NCBI RefSeq assembly: GCF_004010195.1
Contig: NW_025215095.1
Span: 12,069-63,001 of the forward strand
Direction: 5' to 3'
Length of the DNA: 50,933 bases
Source of the DNA: Chiloscyllium plagiosum
Taxonomy: Eukaryota
Of this stretch, positions 44,717 to 50,933 are shown in pieces; positions within the stretch are counted from its first letter, which is position 1; every line of letters starts with the position of its first letter. The notes under the pieces are model-generated. The model had not been told where the DNA came from. It saw nothing but the letters and a program-made list of their open reading frames with translations, and searched no databases. The position numbers and the translations under genes are program-made.

Positions 44717-45204
44717 CTCTTAATAAGCTATGCTTGTAAATAAATGGACTGGGAAACACCAGTGATTTACTAGTGATGGTGAATAGATGAGGAATGCCAC
44801 GGATGATTTGGTGATGGGGAAAATGCATTAGTCGTGTGTAAGAATATTTCTGGATTAAAATGAAAGGAAGAAGACATATCCTTATATTGGGGAGGTGGGG
44901 AGTGAGGGCTGGCTTCCTGGAATCTCTGTAATGTGGTGTGATGGACCGATTATTTGTGGTGGACCCCTGCCCTCACATTCAGCACTGAATCATCATTGAG
45001 ACAAGACCCAACAAGCAGAAGTTATGTTGTTTACAGGCTTCCAGTTTCACATTGCGCAAGTTTACAGCAGGTATTTAGGTATGTGTAAGATAGGAAGGCA
45101 TGAACTCAGGCAGCTCTAAGGTCAATTCATTCAGATACGGACGCAGTGGTCAAAGGCGGCAACCAATTTGCGCTCAGAAAAAAGGGAAGGCCTTTTGTCC
45201 ACTC

Positions 45205-45535
45205 ATGGGATGTGGGCATGGCTGGCTAGTCAATATTTATTGCCTGTCCCTAGCACTAAGTGGCCATTTCAGAGGGCAGCCACTCAGTGCTGCTGTGAGC
45301 CTGGAGTCATATGGTGGTCAGACCGGTGGGGATGGCAGATTTCCTTCCCTGAAGGGCATTAATGAGCCAGACGGGTTTTTCCTGACAATCAGTAATGGTA
45401 GATTCTTAATCCCAGATTTTTCTTTCCCCAGTTGAATTCGGGTTCCACCATCTGCCGTGGCAGGATTCGAACCTGTGTCCCCAGAACATTAGCTGAGTTC
45501 CAGCTTAAGTCAACCCATGATAATGCCACTCGGCC
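45205..45535 (-). mobile_element. tRNA-derived SINE, second family
   Basis: Reverse B-box ggattcgaacc; tail matches tagggacaggcaataaa of LINE-like 3' ends. Confidence 0.6.
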
Positions 45536-46300
45536 ATTGCTTCGACTCATGCTCCCCTCTGAACGCTTTGGATGGTGTCAGCCCCCACAGCACCATGGTG
45601 CTAATCACAGTGGTCTCAAAGCGTAGAGGATGGCACGTTGAATTAATTCAAAGCTGGCTCAGACAGATTTTTGACAGACAAGGAAGCCATAGGTTATGGG
45701 GAGTTAGAACCACCACCACATCGGCCAAGATCTCATTGAATGGAACAGCAGGCCCCGAGGGCCGAATGGCTATTTCCTGCTCCCCCACCCTATAATTCTT
45801 GGTGTACACCTGAACAGGTACAAGAGGCCAAAAGACAACAATGGAAACACTGTCTGCAGTTTCTGCTCCAGACAGGGGGTGAAAGTTCAACATGTGGCCT
45901 TCTAGGTAAGGCTAGATTTTCTGGAAGGGCTTAGGATTTTAAGGGTTATTGGTATCAGGATGGCTAAATGGATCAGCAATATTGTTTTTGAGGGGCTGAA
46001 CAGCCCACTCCTATTCAAGTGCTTTGACTGACCTAGACAGATGCTCAAGAAGATTGGGTGATGCCAGTCTAGATAAGAACAATAAAAACAACTTGCATTC
46101 ATATAGCACCTTTGAACTTGCATCGAAGCATCCCCCGTGTCCTTAACAACAGCCACATTTACCAAATATTTTGATGCCAAGGTGAAGAAGGAGATAGCTG
46201 GATGGATTGAATTTTTTTAAAAAAAGGATGGCCAAGCATTGGAGCAAGGTTGCAGGTATTCAGGGGTATATTTAAGGAGTACAGTGAATCAGACAGGAAG

Positions 46301-46499
46301 TGAAATAACTCCATTGAGGCCGGTATCCTGTCACCAAATCACCCTTTATGGGAGAGTCCTTGACACTGATCCAGCTGAGTGAACACAACCTCTGACACTC
46401 CTCTTTATGTCTGTCAGCCAGGGCTCCCTGACTGGACCAGGTTCACAGCCCCAATTAGGGAACTCAAATACAAGAGGTCCACTCATTACCATCACTACA
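46301..46499 (-). mobile_element. Small solo LTR-like element (199 bp)
   Basis: TG...CA termini; flanks gaag/gatg as a possible 4-bp TSD. Confidence 0.4.
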
Positions 46500-46859
46500 G
46501 ATGGAAATTCCAGTTCACAGAGCCCAAGTACTTGAAGCCATGGCGGGTTGTAGTGTTCCCTCGCAAACTCTGCTCTTGCCCTTCCAGGTGATAGAGGATA
46601 GGGGGTTTGGAAGGTGCTGACGAAGGAGAATCAGTAGGTTGTTCCAGTGCCTTTTGTTGCTGGTAGACACTGCTGTCACTGTGCATCAGAGGTGGAGGGA
46701 GTGAATGTTGAAGATGGTGGCTAGGATGCCAATAAAGTTGGTTGCTTCATTGGGATGGCATTGAGCTGCTTGAATGTTGTTGTAGTTTCAGTTATCCTGT
46801 GAAATGGACAGTATTCCATCACACTCCTGACTTGTGCCTTGAAGATCAGGGACATCATG

Positions 46860-47480
46860 GAATCATAGAGATGTATAGCACAGAAACACACCCTTTGGTC
46901 CAACTTATCCATGCCGACCAGATATCCGAAATTAATCTAGTCCCATTTGCCAGCACTTGGCCCATATCCCTCTAAACCCTTCCTATTTATATACCAGTCC
47001 AAATGCCTTTAAAATGTTGTAATTGTACCAGCCTCCACCACTTCCTCTGGCAGCTCATTCCATACATGCACCACCATCCTTGTAAATCTTTTCTGAACCC
47101 TTTCAAGTTTCATAAGGTCCTTCCTATAGCAGGGAGACCAGAATTGCATGCAGTATTCCAAAGGTGGCCGAAACAATGTCCTGTACAGCTCCAACATGAC
47201 CTCCCAACTCCTGCACTCAATGCACTGACCAATAAAGACAAGCATAACAAATGCCTTCTCCGCTTTCAACCTGCATTCCAAGGTCTGTTTATTCAACAGC
47301 ACTCCTCAGGACCTTACCATTAAGTGTGTAAGTCCTGTCCTGATTTGCCTTTCCAAAATGCAGCACCTCACAACATTTATCTCAAATAAACTCCATCTGT
47401 CACCCCTTGGCCATTTGGTCCATTTGATCAAGATCCTATTGTACTCATTGCTGTAGCCTTCTTTGCTGTCCATTACACCT
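46860..47480 (-). mobile_element. CR1 ORF2 fragment with internal deletions
   Basis: LYRTLFRPPLEYCMQFWSPCYRKD..LERVQKRFTRM. Confidence 0.88.
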
Positions 47481-47481
47481 G

Positions 47482-47925
47482 TGTGATGGGTGCAGCTCCA
47501 ACAACACTCAAGAAGCTCAACACCATCCAAGTCAAGTAGCCCACTTGATTAGCACCACATTGACGCACCCCCACTCCCTCCACCACTAGCGACAGTGTGT
47601 ACCATCTACAAGATGCAGCAATTCACCAAGGCAGCACCTTCCAAACCCACAATCATTCCTCTCCAGAAGGACAAGGGCAGCAGATACATCACCAACTGCA
47701 AGTTTCCCTCCAAGCCACTCGCCGTCCTGACTTGGAAATGTTCCTTCACTATCGCTGGGTTAAAATCCTGGAATGCCCTCCCTAATGATATTGGAGGGTG
47801 TCCCTACAGCACATGGACTGGAGCGGTTCAAAAAAAATCAGCTCATCACCACCTTCTCAAGGGCAACTAGGGACAGGCAATAAACACCAGACTGCCAGCA
47901 GTGGCCACATCCCATGAGTGAATAA
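47482..47925 (+). mobile_element. LINE 3' end of another family (also at ~3615-3760 and ~31945-32130)
   Basis: Shared tail caccaccttctcaagggcaactagggacaggcaataaa. Confidence 0.65.
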
Positions 47926-49494
47926 AAGATAATGGAATAGAGTGAAGTGAAATGTGGGGGACATGAAGGTGGGGAGTGTTATCTACAACAAGGTGGGAGG
48001 AAAGGTTTTCAGAAGGCTCCAAATGTGAGGGAGATTGTCGCAGAGTCAAGAGAGGTCTCGTTGAAGACTCAGACTTAGCAGCATCAACATTGACCACACC
48101 GAGTGCTAATAATTTGGAAACAATCACCTTAGGGAATGACTTCCTACATCGTGTTATTGCCTGCTCTACATAGTTTACATTTTATTCCAATAGTTAAAGA
48201 TATTGTTAAGACAAAGAAAATCATTGTGGAATTTGAAAAGGGAGTCATGCAACGAAAACTTGGCAACTAAATATGCTGACAGGAATAGGTCTAAATACCC
48301 CGTCTTTACATTTTTAACGCTAAGGGGAACTCATCCAGAAAGCTAAATATTAACACTGGGATAGCCAGGACTCCGGAACCTTCTAACATTTATTAGTGTC
48401 TACGTGGAGAGCGCCATTTGCATGTGTACAATTTAGACAACTGCACTAACACGAGTATTGCTAATAAAATAAAGTTCAACGGTAAATATTTTGGAAGTCA
48501 CCAGTCTCAAAGACGTTTCTCAATTGATGGCTGCTACTTTCACCAATATTTCTACAGCACCTTCAACCCGAAACAAAATCACCAAGTGCTTCACAGGGTA
48601 TGTTATTAAACAAGGTGTGACACCGAGGTACACAAAGGGATATGAGACCAGACAAACGAAAGTTTAGTTAAAGGTGTAGGTTCAAGGAGATCTCTTAATG
48701 GAGACACGCAAGGCGGAAAAGTGTGACATACAAATGTCGCCGTGGCAACTTCAGGCCTAACCACTAGCGATGAGGTGATTCGTCAAGAAGTCAGAATTAG
48801 AGGGGTGCAGACAGCTGTGAGAGACAAATAGCCTATTTCTACTCTGAATTGACACCGTCCCCGGGCCTGGAGGAGATTACTGAGTTAGGGAAGGGATAAG
48901 GACATGGAGAGATTCGAAAGTTAGGATGAAAATTTCAAAAATTGAGAAGCAACTTGACCCAGGGCCCTTGAGCTCAGAGCTGACAGGGGAATGGAATTTA
49001 GTATGAATTAAGACAGGCGGTAAATATAGATCCAAAAACAGAAGTTGCTGGAAAAGCTCAGGAGGTCTGGCAGCATCCGTGAAGAGAAATAATACAGATC
49101 CTTCAGCACATTGAGTTTATGCTGGCTCTCTGCAGAGAGACTGGGTTCAGACACTGTTTTTGTTCAAAGTCTGCTTGACTCTGAAGTCAGTGATGGGCAT
49201 GCTGTAATCTGCCAACCTCTTGGCTTTCCCAACAACAATTCTGATTAAAACTACCCACTCTCCTCTTCTGAGAGAACTGTGCAATTCGTTTAACTCCCTG
49301 GTTTCTGTCCACTCTCTGAGGGAAGCTGAACTGTCGGAGGTGTCCTCTTTCTGATACGGTACCTGAACCGAACAATCCTCTGAGTTAGATCTAACCAATC
49401 CCGCAGCACTCTTTGGAACAACAGTAGGATAGGATTCCCCAGAGTTCGAATTGGGAATAACCCCAATTACTGAAAATTACAGGGGGCAGGGGGC

Positions 49495-50933
49495 AGTAAA
49501 ACGCCATCCCATATTCCCAATTCCTTTGCCTCCGCCGCATCTGCTCCCAGGAGGACCAGTTCCAATACCGAACAACCCAGATGGCCTCCTTCTTCAAAGA
49601 CCGCAATTTCCCCTCAGACATGGTTGATGATGCTCTCCACCACATCTCCTCCACTTGCCTCCACACACATCATTTACTGCATCCACTGCACCCGATGTGG
49701 CCTCCTCTACATTAGGGAGACAGGCCCCCTACTTGCGGAACGTTTCAGAGAACACGCATGGGCGGCACGGTGGCACAGTGGTTAGCACTGCTGCCTCACA
49801 GCGCCTGAGACCCAGGTTCAATTCCCGCCTCAGGCGACTGACTGTGTGGAGTTTGCATATTCTCCCCGTGTCTGTGTGGGTTTCCTCCGGGTGCTCCGGT
49901 TTCCTCCCATAGTCCAAAAACGTGCAGGCCAGGTGAATTGGACATGCTAAATTGCCCGCAGTGTTAGGTGCAGCGGTAAATATAGGGGAATGGGTTTGGG
50001 TGGGTGCGCTTCAGCAGGTCGGTATTGACTTGTTGTGAGCGGCACGGTGGCCCAGTGGTTAGCACTGCTGCCTCACAGCGCCTGAGACCTGGGTTCAATT
50101 CCTGCCTCAGGCGACTGACTGTGTGGAGTTTGCACGTTCTCCCCGTGTCTGCATGGGTTTCCTCCGGGTGCTCCGGTTTCCTCCCACAGTCCAAAGATGT
50201 GCAGGGTCAGGTGAATTGGCCATACTAAATTGCCCGTAGTGTTAGGTAAGGGGTAAATGTAGGGGTATGGGTGGGTTTCGCTTCGGCGGGTCGGTGTGGA
50301 CTTGTTGGGCCGAAGGGCCTGTTTCCACACTGTAATGTAATCTAATGTAATCTAATCTAATCTAAACACCTCTGGGACACCCGGACCAATCAACCCAATC
50401 ACCCCCGTGGCTGAACACTTTAGCTCCCCCTCCCACTCCGCCAAGGACATGCAGGTCCTTGGCCTCCTCCATCGTCAGACCCTGGCCACATGACACCTGG
50501 AGGAAGAGCGACTCATCTTCCGCCTAGGAACCCTCCAACCACACGGGATGAATGCAGATTTCTCCAGCTTCCTCATTTCCCTTCCCCCCCATCTTATCTC
50601 AGTCCTAACCCTCGGACTCAGCACCACCTTCTTGACCTGCAATCTTCTTCCCAACCTCTCCGACCCCACCCCCACTCCAGCCTATCACCCTCACCTTGAC
50701 CTCCCTCCACCTATCGCATTCCCACCGCTCCTCCCCCAAGTCCCTCCTCCCTACCTTTTATCTTAGCCCTTGACCTCCTTCCACCTATCGCATTCCCAAC
50801 GCCCCTCCCCCAAGTCCCTCCTCCCTACCTTTTATCTTAACCTTGGCACACCTTCCTCATTCCTGAAGAAGGGCTTATGCCCGAAACGTCGATTCTCCTG
50901 CTCCTTTGATGCTGCCTGACCTGCTGCGCTTTT
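49495..50933 (+). mobile_element. Penelope-like retroelement remnant (RT C-terminal region, GIY-YIG, pseudo-LTR with hammerhead motif), split by two HE1 SINEs
   Basis: AIPYSQFLCLRRICSQ..., CIHCTRCGLLYIRET..ERFREH, PVAEHF..EERLIFRLGTLQPHGMN; core CTGAAGA-AGGGCTTATGCCC-GAAACGTC at 50863-50890. Confidence 0.9.
49760..50365 (+). mobile_element. Two tandem HE1-type SINEs (49760-50035, 50040-50365)
   Basis: Two consecutive family copies; (atcta)n tail; aacac repeated at both flanks. Confidence 0.9.

Noticed and set aside
49760..50110. tRNA-like A/B box sequences (also at the other SINE heads)
   Set aside because: These are SINE heads followed by the family core, not stand-alone tRNA genes

Overview
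Eukaryotic, repeat-rich vertebrate DNA. The repeat content (HE1/V-SINE-type tRNA-derived SINEs, CR1-clade LINE fragments, Penelope-like elements) points to a cartilaginous fish (shark); this is an inference. The one well-supported gene is a six-exon, plus-strand TRIM-family gene: coding exons 235-555, 1270-1365, 7932-8162, 14265-14287, 16885-17000 and 23309-23826, all GT-AG and phase-consistent, 1305 nt = 434 aa. It encodes RING + coiled-coil + PRY/SPRY (B30.2), resembles the TRIM69/XNF7/A33 group, and lacks a B-box. Two perfect ISRE motifs lie just upstream of the start codon, suggesting an interferon-stimulated gene. Its introns hold a 1.5-kb solo LTR with its own ISRE-type motif, several long hairpins (many derived from hammerhead-bearing Penelope fragments), and a G-rich 56-bp minisatellite abutting the B30.2 exon. 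Downstream are a possible minus-strand spliced transcript, a ~6-kb 25-bp satellite, and more LINE/SINE/Penelope remnants. There is one assembly gap (22326-22655). No prokaryotic features or CRISPR are present. Repeat boundaries are approximate and were read by eye.
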